A DNA stretch of 64,000 nt from Phycisphaerales bacterium (GTDB lineage Bacteria; Planctomycetota; Phycisphaerae; Phycisphaerales; SM1A02), in the NCBI GenBank assembly GCA_044354475.1, contig JBIKZY010000001.1, forward strand, positions 10,233-74,232, in the 5' to 3' direction. Below the pieces are notes generated by a model. That model was not told the origin of the DNA. It did no database searches and saw only the letters and a program-made list of their open reading frames with translations. A program made the position numbers and the translations under genes. Below, piece after piece: positions 28,340 to 36,786 of this stretch (position 1 is the first letter of the stretch; the number at the start of each line of letters is the position of its first letter).

Positions 28340-28697
28340 AGAACCGTTCCGATTGAGTTGGGGATGCTCCGCCATGATCATGTGATTCCCATTCAGGGAG
28401 GACTCACGAACGGTCAAATTGCGGTTAAGTGGCAGGTTGCGCATGACGGCTCAGGCGATGGAGCAGACCTCGCCATGATGGAAAGCCTTTGAGCGACCCT
28501 GAAGAAGGAACTCGTCCAAGATCAGCACTTCCGCACGCACAACGAGCCGCGTGCAGCAATCTTTGAATGGATAGAGGTGTGGGGCCAACAAGTCAGAATC
28601 CACGGCTCACTCGACTACGTCAGCCCCGAAGCGTTCGAGGCGACCGAGAGGGTCGGATAGGTTCGTCATGGGTATCCATGAATGGTGTGCAGGTCCA
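28340..28697 (+). mobile_element. IS3-family element, right end only: decayed orfB (DDE integrase) C-terminus plus IRR
   Basis: The frame ending at TAG 28658-28660 reads ..GSGDGADLAMMESL*ATLKKELVQDQHFRTHNEPRAAIFEWIEVWGQQVRIHGSLDYVSPEAFE. This fits the IS3 OrfB C-terminal pattern DNAxxESxxxxLKxE...EAxxAIFxYIExxYNxxRxHSxLGYxSPxxFE. It carries an in-frame TGA at 28490. The element ends ...AGGTCCA at 28697, and its reverse complement matches the IRL at 23 of 29 ungapped positions. Confidence 0.7.
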
Positions 28698-28704
28698 GCC
28701 GTGC

Positions 28705-29352
28705 TCAGCGGCTTGCTGTATCCAGCCCGATGGGAGGGACCGGAGCGCTGATCACAGAAGAGAGGGCCGCAAGCGATGACACTAGGATCAGGACATACGC
28801 GAAAAACTCGCTTATCTCCTCCCAATAAACACGGTTCACGATGGCTTCGTACTTGTCAAAGAATTCCCCGATGAAGAGGAAGACGCCGCCGGCGATCAAT
28901 AACATCCCGGGCCTTGACTTGATAAATCCTTTCGCCGCTTTCTCGTAGACGCAAAAATTTCTCAAGGCGGCACAGGCGAGTATTGCGATGAAGGCGATCG
29001 CTATCGTCACGTTTCGGCCTGCGCCGGACCCGATGAATATCAGGGGATAGGGGATGTCGAATTTTTCGACATCGAGTTCTCTGAGTACGAAGCTGTAGCA
29101 AAGAAGGGAGCAGAACAAAAAGATCAGTTTCCCTGGTTTCTCTTTGAGCGCGGCCGCCGCCAGATAGACGATGCAGGAGACGGCCAAAAGAACGGTCTGC
29201 ATGGTTTCGATCAGCCCGTTTTCGACAGACATGCGGGCTTGATCATCAAGAGAAGAGCGCAAGGACCAAAAGACGAATCCGATCCAGGCACATATTGTGG
29301 CGGCGCTTATGGCATCGACGCCGTTTTTCAATATGGTCTTCTTTTTAGGCAT
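28705..29352 (-). CDS. hypothetical polytopic membrane protein (low-GC islet)
   Basis: ATG at 29352 opens MPKKKTILKNG... About 5-6 hydrophobic helices are visible. No family is recognised. The GC content is visibly lower than the surroundings. Confidence 0.6.
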   Translation of the reverse strand: MPKKKTILKNGVDAISAATICAWIGFVFWSLRSSLDDQARMSVENGLIETMQTVLLAVSCIVYLAAAALKEKPGKLIFLFCSLLCYSFVLRELDVEKFDIPYPLIFIGSGAGRNVTIAIAFIAILACAALRNFCVYEKAAKGFIKSRPGMLLIAGGVFLFIGEFFDKYEAIVNRVYWEEISEFFAYVLILVSSLAALSSVISAPVPPIGLDTASR

Positions 29353-29636
29353 GACGATCCGATTTGGACGTGTTGCCCTTATGGCGGGTCCGGGATTCTT
29401 AACCAATCACCCATGCTACGTTAACAGTTGTTCGCGCCGGATGTCGCTCAGGTCTTCAAAGGGGACATTGCGAACAGCGAGAGCGAAAGCCGCCCAGACG
29501 CAACATGGTCGCTAAGTAGTGCATTTCAGCACCGCGGTGTTACCCTAAAAGTCTGAACCCGCCGCTTCACAGTGGACTTAGGACTTGTCGGGCGCGCGCA
29601 CCCACAACTACCCCCACAGCGCGGAGTACCCCTGCA

Positions 29637-30026
29637 ATGACATCCATCAAGTTCTACAAAGGAGCCGGCTCAAGTACGGTGCTCTTCAACAGCAACGGTC
29701 GCAACTTCTATGAGGGCGCCGGCTCAAGCAAAGTACTACTCAACGTGAGCGGCACCAAGGCCTACGAGGGCGCGGGTAGCTCCAAGGCGCTGTTCACCGT
29801 GTCCGGCACAAAGGTGTACCGCGCCGCAGGCACATCGGAGTGCTTGTGGAACATCACTGGCGGCAAGGTGTACGAAGGCGCTGGTTCCTCCAAGGCGCTG
29901 TTCAACATCTCCGGCACCAAGCTATACCGCGGCGCAGGGACATCGGAAGTGGTGTGCAACTGGTCCGGCGGCAGCCTGGAAACAAGCGAGATTGCGGCGA
30001 TGGTGTGGTTGATTGAAGCGCCGTGA
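29637..30026 (+). CDS. hypothetical protein made of six 18-aa repeats (xYxGAG[ST]Sxx[LV]xNx[ST]Gxx, repeats 1 and 4 slightly degenerate)
   Basis: The repeats are read directly. Repeat copies differ mostly at synonymous sites (for example agc versus tcc for Ser), which argues for real coding under selection. Confidence 0.65.
   Translation: MTSIKFYKGAGSSTVLFNSNGRNFYEGAGSSKVLLNVSGTKAYEGAGSSKALFTVSGTKVYRAAGTSECLWNITGGKVYEGAGSSKALFNISGTKLYRGAGTSEVVCNWSGGSLETSEIAAMVWLIEAP
29652..29975 (+). repeat. 6 x 54-bp in-frame tandem repeat (108-bp super-repeat) within the CDS
   Basis: Copies 3-4 and 5-6 pair as YEGAGSSKALFx[VI]SGTK + xYRxAGTSExxx[NW]x[TS]GG[KS], with Cys and Trp only in copies 4 and 6. Confidence 0.85.
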
Positions 30027-30076
30027 CGCACGCACAACCTCTGCCACCCGACTACCAATGGGTATAGTTATTTCTT

Positions 30077-30328
30077 ATGAGCGAGACACCTGCACCTCCG
30101 ATTCAACTCGTCCCAGGGAATTCGTTGATCACTAAGACGCCAGAGGAGGGGCGGATGCTTGCCATCAAGATGTCGAGGCTCATCATCAAGGCCACCCAGC
30201 CCGACAACGCAGTACGTGAACGGCTCCGCGGGGTCTATGCCGAAGATGCCGGCATGTTGATCGCCATCGGCCAGACAGTCGCTACTGAGTTTGCGACCAT
30301 CGCTGCTGCCAACAATTATTGGCGATAA
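30077..30328 (+). CDS. small hypothetical protein (83 aa)
   Basis: The call rests on the ORF alone. There is no recognisable motif and no obvious Shine-Dalgarno sequence. Confidence 0.35.
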   Translation: MSETPAPPIQLVPGNSLITKTPEEGRMLAIKMSRLIIKATQPDNAVRERLRGVYAEDAGMLIAIGQTVATEFATIAAANNYWR

Positions 30329-30504
30329 CGAGGCCGGAAGAGTTTGTATTCCGTAAATGCGTTGCCTTTGCTTGCCTTGCTTTCATTACGTGGCACACTT
30401 CTAACTCTTAGAGAGGCTGTGAAAAGGGGTCGTCCGCGCACATTCCCGTGTGCACGGACGGGTGTGTTGTTTGTCCCTTTCCCCTGTTAGATAAGTTTCC
30501 AGCC

Positions 30505-31065
30505 ATGATCACCAACAAGTTGTTTCTCTCCGGGTTTGCCACCGTTGCTCTCATTTCATCCGCCGCATCTGCTGACGTGACGATTTCGTTCACCGGCTTG
30601 ACGCTCGCTGGATACCAATTCGCCGAGGCCATCACGCCCGGGCAGATCGCTGGCACGCTGACTGGCGCCACCATCAATGTTGAAATGACCAATTCGTTTT
30701 GGTTCACAAAGGCCAACGATTTGACCCTGTACATGGACGTCGCTCCCCTGAGCACCGGCGGTCTGCTGCAAATCGGTGGCGCGGTGAATACCGGCGCCGC
30801 TGAGCGTCGTGCATGGCCAACCGGTGGCGGACTCTTCTCCACCACCTCCACCGGGCGCGTGGACTTGGACAACGCCATCGACCTGGCAAACCATCCAACC
30901 ATGTCATTCTGGGTTGGTAACGGTCGCGAGAGTTACATCGCGTCCGGAACATGGACCGGAAGCATCGTTCTGCATGGCGTCAGTCTGGTGGGTGTGCCCT
31001 CCCCAGGTGCCCTCGCCCTGCTGGCAGTGTCAGGCATGGTTGCCCGTCGCCGTCATCGCGCGTAA
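30505..31065 (+). CDS. PEP-CTERM sorting domain protein, family A paralog 5 (divergent)
   Basis: An internal ATG gives MITNKLFLSGFATVALISSAASAD. The core aligns with family A (DLTLYMD..GGLLQIGG..WPTGGG..SGTWTGSIVLHGV). The C-terminus is VPSPGALALLAVSGMVARRRHRA. Confidence 0.85.
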   Translation: MITNKLFLSGFATVALISSAASADVTISFTGLTLAGYQFAEAITPGQIAGTLTGATINVEMTNSFWFTKANDLTLYMDVAPLSTGGLLQIGGAVNTGAAERRAWPTGGGLFSTTSTGRVDLDNAIDLANHPTMSFWVGNGRESYIASGTWTGSIVLHGVSLVGVPSPGALALLAVSGMVARRRHRA

Positions 31066-31094
31066 GCGTGGCGGCTGCCGAGTAACCTGACCTG

Positions 31095-31604
31095 ATGACC
31101 GTCAATACCAAGACCGCCGCACGTCGTCACCTGTTCTTCAAGTGCATGGGATGTCTGCGCGGTGAATTGGATCGGATCGAGGCGGCATATCGTGCTGGAA
31201 CGCTGACCACCACCGGTAACTGGACGCCGGGTCAGAACCTTGACCACTGCGCGGTGCCTCTTGAGGAGGGCCTTGACGGCTCGACCAAGAAGGTGTCGTT
31301 CGTGGTGCGGCTCTTTGCCAAACTGATCAAGCCGGTGATCCTGAAAGCAAAGCCCGACGCAATGCGTCCGGGATTCAACGTCGGCAAGTCCAACCCGGAG
31401 CTCATGCCCAGCCCCGGCGTTACCTTTGAGCAAGGCATGGGACGAATCCGCAAGGCGCTCGCACGGATCGAAGCCGGCGAGCGCATGACCAAGCCCAGCC
31501 CGTGGCTCGGCGCCATGACGCACGAGGAATGGGTGCGGCTCAACCTGAACCACACGGCCATGCACTTTGGATTCTTGACGTACCCGGGGGCGGCACCTCT
31601 TTAG
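31095..31604 (+). CDS. DinB-superfamily / DUF1569-like protein
   Basis: The C-terminus (LGAMTHEEWVRLNLNHTAMHFGFL) resembles the DUF1569/DinB helical-bundle His motif. Confidence 0.5.
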   Translation: MTVNTKTAARRHLFFKCMGCLRGELDRIEAAYRAGTLTTTGNWTPGQNLDHCAVPLEEGLDGSTKKVSFVVRLFAKLIKPVILKAKPDAMRPGFNVGKSNPELMPSPGVTFEQGMGRIRKALARIEAGERMTKPSPWLGAMTHEEWVRLNLNHTAMHFGFLTYPGAAPL

Positions 31605-31613
31605 AATGCCGGT

Positions 31614-34600
31614 ATGAGATCGATCTACACGGCTGCCGGGGCACTCCTGTTTGCAACACACGCACTGTTCGCACAGATGGTCGCAACAGCGCCCACTACT
31701 CCACCAGCGATCGCAGCGCCGGATTGGCTGCTTGATCAGCCCAAGGTGATCGCAGAAGCGAAGGATGTCACCACCGAGAAGTACCCAGACGCCGACACGG
31801 TAATGGTCTCTGAATACCAACGCACCGAATACAAGGCGGACGGAAGTTTTGTGACCCTTGATGATCAGTATGTGAAGGTGCTCACCGAGGCTGGCCGTAC
31901 GAATGCTCGGGAGCGCGCCTTTGGTTTCGATGCCGCATACGGCGGTATGGAAATCCTTGGAGTCGATGTCATCAAGCCAGATGGTGCGGTGACTTCACAT
32001 GATCCATCGCGGATCAGTAAAGAACAGGTGAGCACATCAAGTATGGGCGCGAACATTTTCGATCCGAATGAAAAGATGGTCGTTGCGGCCGTGCCGGGAG
32101 TAGAAGTGGGCGACCTTGTGCATTTCTATGTACGCAGCTGGGAATCGAAGCCGCGTATGCAAGACAACTTTGCAGACCTGTGCGTGCTCGAATCGCCAGA
32201 TCCAATCAAGAATTGCGTCTACGAATATGTGTGCCCGAAGGATCGACCGCTGCGCAGCAAGGCACTGCTCGCGGAGATCAAGGGAACCGTCACATCGTCT
32301 GAGCGCACCGACGGTGACAAAGTCATCTGCACATGGACCGGCAAGGACATTCCGCAACTGTTCCCCGAGCCGCAGATGCCTGACTACTACACAGTTGGGC
32401 AACGCCTGCGCGTCAGCACACTTGCTGACTGGAAGGAAGTGAGTCGCTGGTACTCCAAACTCACCAAGCCGCACTTGGATGCAGTAACCCCCGAAATGAA
32501 GGCGAAAGTGGCCGCAATCACCGCCGGACTCAAGACCGACGAAGAGCGCATCAAGGCGATCTTCAAGTTTGTCAGTCAAGAGGTCCGCTACATGGGCATC
32601 ACCACAGAGAAGGACGCCCCCGGCTACGAACCGCACGATGTCAACATCACCTTCGAGAATCGATATGGCGTGTGTCGCGACAAGGCTGCGCTATTAGTGG
32701 CACTGCTTTCCGTTGCCGAGATTCAATCGTTCCCGGTGCTTGTGAACGCTGGCGAGAAACTTGATGTTGAAGTTCCGTCCTTCTGGTTTAATCATGCCAT
32801 TACCGCGGCGCGTGGCAAGGATGGCAAGTACATCCTGATGGACAGCACCGATGAGAGCACCGCCGATTTGTTGCCGCAATATCTGCAAGACAAGAGTTTC
32901 TTGGTTGCCACACCGGAGGGCGAAACCCTCATGACGTCACCGGTCGCATCCGCCGATGACAACATGATGACCGCCAAGACCACCGTCAAAGTGGCTGACG
33001 ATGGCAGCGCTACCGGCACCACCGTGATCGCCTTTGAAGGCATCAACGACAACGCTTACCGCGGGTCCTTTCTGCAAGCCAAGCCCGCCGATATCCGCCG
33101 CGGTTTTGAGGGCGCAGTCAAAGGAATGCTGCCTGGTGGAACACTCACCGGCATGAGCCTCACGCCGAAAGACATGAAGGACAGCACGCAGAAGATTCGC
33201 CTCACTCTTGAATGGACTGCGCCGAATCTCTTGGTGGCGGGCGGCAACGCTGCGCAACTTGATCTTCCGTACATGGGCTACGGCTTCGGCGTTGTCACAC
33301 GGATGATCGGCGCGGGGCTACAGCTTGACAAGCGCCGATTTCCGCTGGTGATGCAACAGCCGTGCGGGGTGCATGAAGACTTAGAAATCACCCTGCCCCC
33401 AAGTTTGGGAGCGCCGATTGCGCTGCCGCAATATGAGAACACCGAGCATAAGGACTTCACCGTTTCGCAATTGATTTCAGCGACGTCGGGGCAAATCAAT
33501 GCCTCCATTGATATCCGCGTGAAGTCACCGGAAATCGCACCCGACCAGTACCCGCTCCTCAAACGCGCCATGGCAAATATGGAAATCAATGGCCGACAGC
33601 AGCCCGTGTTTACGCGGGTTTCAACCACTAACGCACCGCCAGCTCCGAGCGCGAATTTGGAAATCGTTCACACGACGCGGACGCTCCGCATGGACAGCCC
33701 AACGAGCTGGTCGACGCGACGCGAGGTGACGGAGAAGGTGCTCACCACTGCAGGAGTGAAATCGGCAAGCGAACTCCAGATTGACTACAACCCTGCGTGG
33801 GAAACCGCAAAGCTTGAGTATGCACGGGTCACCCAGAAGGACGGCACCGTTCGTACTGTGAGGCCCGAGGAAATCAATGTGATGGACGCGGGAGGGGTGG
33901 CCAGTGCGCCGCGCTATCCGGGCGGGAAGACGTTGGTGGTTTCCTTGCCGGGCGTCGAAGTGGGTTCGACCATTGAGTACGCGGTGACGGAGACCGCTAA
34001 GGAGCAGCTCATCTTCAGTAGTGGCGCTGCATTCACAACCAGTGACCGCATTCGTGAGATGGTGCTGACCTATGACCTGCCGGACGGAGTCACTCCGAAG
34101 ATGGAAATGGACTTCCCCGCCGAAGGCCACATGACTGAAGAGAAGAAGGACGGGCGGCGCGTCATCACCTTCACATGGAAGGACCTTGAGCCGCGCCAGC
34201 GCGAGGCATCTGCCCCGCCATCATGGATGGATTCACCCGATTTCATCATGAGCGCTGGTAGCTGGACCACCTACGCCACCGAAGTGGGTAGCCACGCAAA
34301 TCCCATGCTTGTTGGGCAAACCGCCAGTATCGCCAAAGCCAAAGAATTGGCTGCAACCAAGGACACCCCGGTTGCCCAGATGACTGCCATCCGTGACTTT
34401 GTGGCGCGACAGATTCGCACCGACGGTCCAGGCCTCGGTTCACTCCCGCTCTCCGCAGCATTCTCGCCAGCCGATGTGACGCTGAAAGATGGCTACGGAA
34501 ACTTTGACGACCGATCAATCCTCCTCTGCACCATGTTGCGCGGTGCGGGCTTTGACGCGGAGATTAACTTGGCTTCGTGGGGCACGAAGGAACCAACCAT

Positions 34601-35477
34601 CCAGAAGCGCCAACTCGACTATCCGTCGGACACCTACTTTGGCGGCATCGTCTGCCGCGTGAAGCATCCGCAGAGCGGTGAGTGGCTACCACTCGACAGA
34701 CTCTCGCAGTACGCGCCACTCGGCGCAACTTCACTCAACGGCCAGCCAGGGCTCACCATGGACGGCTCATCGTTCACATGGAAGGATCCGAAGGGCATGG
34801 AGGATCTTGGCGAGACCGAGATCACCATGAACTTTGACGCCGAAGGCACTGCGATCATCACGACGGTTTCCCACTTCCATGGAAATGATCACGCCGGATT
34901 CGTGCAGGCGTTCACAGAGATGACGCCCGAGGAGCGAAGCCGAACGTTCCAAGGGATGGTCAGTGGCATTGCGCAGAACGCTGTGCCGCAGGGCGAATTA
35001 GAGACGGATTTCACATACCCCGCAACATTGAAGTTCGCCGTGAAGGTGGACCGGTATGGAGTGAAGAACGCGGGCGGCCTGTACTTTGACCTGCCGAATG
35101 TTCCGGCACAAATCATGCCGACCGATGCAGATCACCGCGAACGCGCCCTCCTCTCCAGCACAGAACAGAAATCTCGCAACACGTGGAAAGTGACCGCGCC
35201 GCCCGGACTTGAGCCGATCATTCAGCCTGAGCAACTCGATTGGCGCGGACCGGGAAACCTTGGTTCCGTGCGATTTACTGCTGAAAACGGGGTAGGTACT
35301 GACGAAACGCGCTTGACCTACACACTCACCATGGACTTGGCACCTGCCATCGTCCCAGTGGGCAATTACCGCGCGCTGCTTGATTTGAATCGCCACTTCA
35401 CACACCCGTCTGCGCGACGAGTGCTGTTGCAACCAGTTGCAAAGGCGGACGCAGTGACACCACTCTCGCGCAAATGA
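31614..35477 (+). CDS. DUF3857 / transglutaminase-like protein, internally duplicated
   Basis: It has a signal peptide. The transglutaminase-core Cys motif is YGVCRDKAALLVALL in the first half. The second half has the aligned segment YGNFDDRSILLCTML without the Cys. Confidence 0.8.
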   Translation: MRSIYTAAGALLFATHALFAQMVATAPTTPPAIAAPDWLLDQPKVIAEAKDVTTEKYPDADTVMVSEYQRTEYKADGSFVTLDDQYVKVLTEAGRTNARERAFGFDAAYGGMEILGVDVIKPDGAVTSHDPSRISKEQVSTSSMGANIFDPNEKMVVAAVPGVEVGDLVHFYVRSWESKPRMQDNFADLCVLESPDPIKNCVYEYVCPKDRPLRSKALLAEIKGTVTSSERTDGDKVICTWTGKDIPQLFPEPQMPDYYTVGQRLRVSTLADWKEVSRWYSKLTKPHLDAVTPEMKAKVAAITAGLKTDEERIKAIFKFVSQEVRYMGITTEKDAPGYEPHDVNITFENRYGVCRDKAALLVALLSVAEIQSFPVLVNAGEKLDVEVPSFWFNHAITAARGKDGKYILMDSTDESTADLLPQYLQDKSFLVATPEGETLMTSPVASADDNMMTAKTTVKVADDGSATGTTVIAFEGINDNAYRGSFLQAKPADIRRGFEGAVKGMLPGGTLTGMSLTPKDMKDSTQKIRLTLEWTAPNLLVAGGNAAQLDLPYMGYGFGVVTRMIGAGLQLDKRRFPLVMQQPCGVHEDLEITLPPSLGAPIALPQYENTEHKDFTVSQLISATSGQINASIDIRVKSPEIAPDQYPLLKRAMANMEINGRQQPVFTRVSTTNAPPAPSANLEIVHTTRTLRMDSPTSWSTRREVTEKVLTTAGVKSASELQIDYNPAWETAKLEYARVTQKDGTVRTVRPEEINVMDAGGVASAPRYPGGKTLVVSLPGVEVGSTIEYAVTETAKEQLIFSSGAAFTTSDRIREMVLTYDLPDGVTPKMEMDFPAEGHMTEEKKDGRRVITFTWKDLEPRQREASAPPSWMDSPDFIMSAGSWTTYATEVGSHANPMLVGQTASIAKAKELAATKDTPVAQMTAIRDFVARQIRTDGPGLGSLPLSAAFSPADVTLKDGYGNFDDRSILLCTMLRGAGFDAEINLASWGTKEPTIQKRQLDYPSDTYFGGIVCRVKHPQSGEWLPLDRLSQYAPLGATSLNGQPGLTMDGSSFTWKDPKGMEDLGETEITMNFDAEGTAIITTVSHFHGNDHAGFVQAFTEMTPEERSRTFQGMVSGIAQNAVPQGELETDFTYPATLKFAVKVDRYGVKNAGGLYFDLPNVPAQIMPTDADHRERALLSSTEQKSRNTWKVTAPPGLEPIIQPEQLDWRGPGNLGSVRFTAENGVGTDETRLTYTLTMDLAPAIVPVGNYRALLDLNRHFTHPSARRVLLQPVAKADAVTPLSRK

Positions 35478-36364
35478 ATAACGTAAGTGACATCACCCGT
35501 AACGGCGCAAGCGATGTCACTCAGCGGAGTGTTGCCACAGCGATTGTTCGATTTCAAGGCGATGCGCGCAGCGAACTGACTGACCGGGTGGCGATTGAAG
35601 AGCCGCTGGAGATTCGCGTTGACTTTGTTACCAACGGTGAGCGTTGCGTCCGTAGCCTCTCCATCACCATGCGCACGCCGGGGCAGGATGAAGAGTTGGC
35701 CGCCGGATTCCTGATGTCCGAGGGGCTGGTGCGTTCTGCGCGCGACATCGAATCGATCCGCCCGTGTGGCCCCGAGAGCGGCGCTCACGATGGAAACAAT
35801 GTGGTCAAAGTACGCCTTGCCGATCACGCCACCATTTCATGGCCAAGCGTGGAGCGGCACTTTTACGCAACTTCTAGTTGCGGCGTGTGCGGCAGAGCAT
35901 CGCTTGAGGCATTGGAAGTGCCCGGACTGTGCCCCATTCCGCGCGATGGATTCCGCTTTCCGGTTGAGGCCGTTCGCATGTTGCCCGCTCGCCTCCGCGC
36001 GCAACAATCAGTGTTTGAAGAAACCGGCGGACTGCATGCGGCAGCGCTCTTTAACTCAGCGGGCGAAATACTTGCTATCCGCGAAGATGTTGGGCGCCAC
36101 AACGCCGTCGACAAGTTGCTCGGTGCGCAGTTCTTGCAGGGGCATACGCCACTCGCACGCAACCTGCTCTTCCTGAGCGGGCGCATCAGCTTTGAACTTG
36201 CGCAGAAGGCGCTGGCAGGCGGTATTCCGATGGTGGTGGCGGTGGGTGCCCCGTCCAGCCTGGCGATTGAACTTGCAAAGCGATTTGACATTACGCTGAT
36301 CGGATTCCTGCGCGGCGAGCGCTTCAATGTGTACAGCGGCGAATGGCGACTGACTGGCGACTGA
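35474..36364 (+). CDS. fdhD: formate dehydrogenase accessory sulfurtransferase FdhD
   Basis: The motifs SSCGVCGRASLEAL, GGLHAAALF and EDVGRHNAVDKLLG are present. There is an ATGA overlap with the upstream gene. Confidence 0.9.
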   Translation: MNNVSDITRNGASDVTQRSVATAIVRFQGDARSELTDRVAIEEPLEIRVDFVTNGERCVRSLSITMRTPGQDEELAAGFLMSEGLVRSARDIESIRPCGPESGAHDGNNVVKVRLADHATISWPSVERHFYATSSCGVCGRASLEALEVPGLCPIPRDGFRFPVEAVRMLPARLRAQQSVFEETGGLHAAALFNSAGEILAIREDVGRHNAVDKLLGAQFLQGHTPLARNLLFLSGRISFELAQKALAGGIPMVVAVGAPSSLAIELAKRFDITLIGFLRGERFNVYSGEWRLTGD

Positions 36365-36377
36365 CTGGCGAAACGGC

Positions 36378-36761
36378 ATGAAACTCCGAATCCGAAAGAA
36401 CTCCCTGCGCCTGCGACTTCAACAACATGAAGTGAAGCAACTCATTGCGGATGGCGCGGTGATCGATGAAACATGCTTCAGCACAGAGACGCTGCGCTGC
36501 TCGATCGAGGTGAGTGCCGACGTGAGCGCCATATGCGCTGATTTCGCAAGCAACACCATCCGCATTCGCGTGCCGTTGGCTCCTGCGTTGCAATGGGCGA
36601 ACTCAGATGAAGTTGGAATGATTGCTGAACAAGTCACGCCGACAGGCCCGCTGCTACTTCTTGTTGAAAAAGACTTCGCCTGTCTGCAACCGCGCGACCC
36701 TGCGCTACGCGAGGACGACTCCGACGCGTTCATGAATCCAAATTCATCGTGTGGCCCGTGA
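36378..36761 (+). CDS. small hypothetical protein between fdhD and the molybdoenzyme gene
   Basis: This is a 127-aa ORF in operon context (MKLRIRKNSLRLRLQQHEVKQL..). The family name is not recalled with confidence. Confidence 0.6.
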   Translation: MKLRIRKNSLRLRLQQHEVKQLIADGAVIDETCFSTETLRCSIEVSADVSAICADFASNTIRIRVPLAPALQWANSDEVGMIAEQVTPTGPLLLLVEKDFACLQPRDPALREDDSDAFMNPNSSCGP

Positions 36762-36786
36762 AGCACCTGCTCCACCAACTCATTTC

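Noticed and set aside
21400-28703. Target-site duplication flanking the IS3 ends
   Set aside because: The three bases outside the ends are GTG on the left and GCC on the right. A GTG occurs 3 nt further right, but that is not a convincing TSD.
29353-29636. Unassigned 284-bp spacer in the low-GC islet, including a ~30-codon minus-strand frame (..VRNVPFEDLSDIRREQLLT*)
   Set aside because: The frame is closed immediately upstream and no motif is recognised. I make no call.
19982-30500. Direct repeat of the tRNA-Gly 3' end (attR) that would delimit an integrated island
   Set aside because: I scanned by eye for ttcgagtccc and cacccgc copies and found none. The island boundaries therefore remain unproven, and no integrase gene is present.
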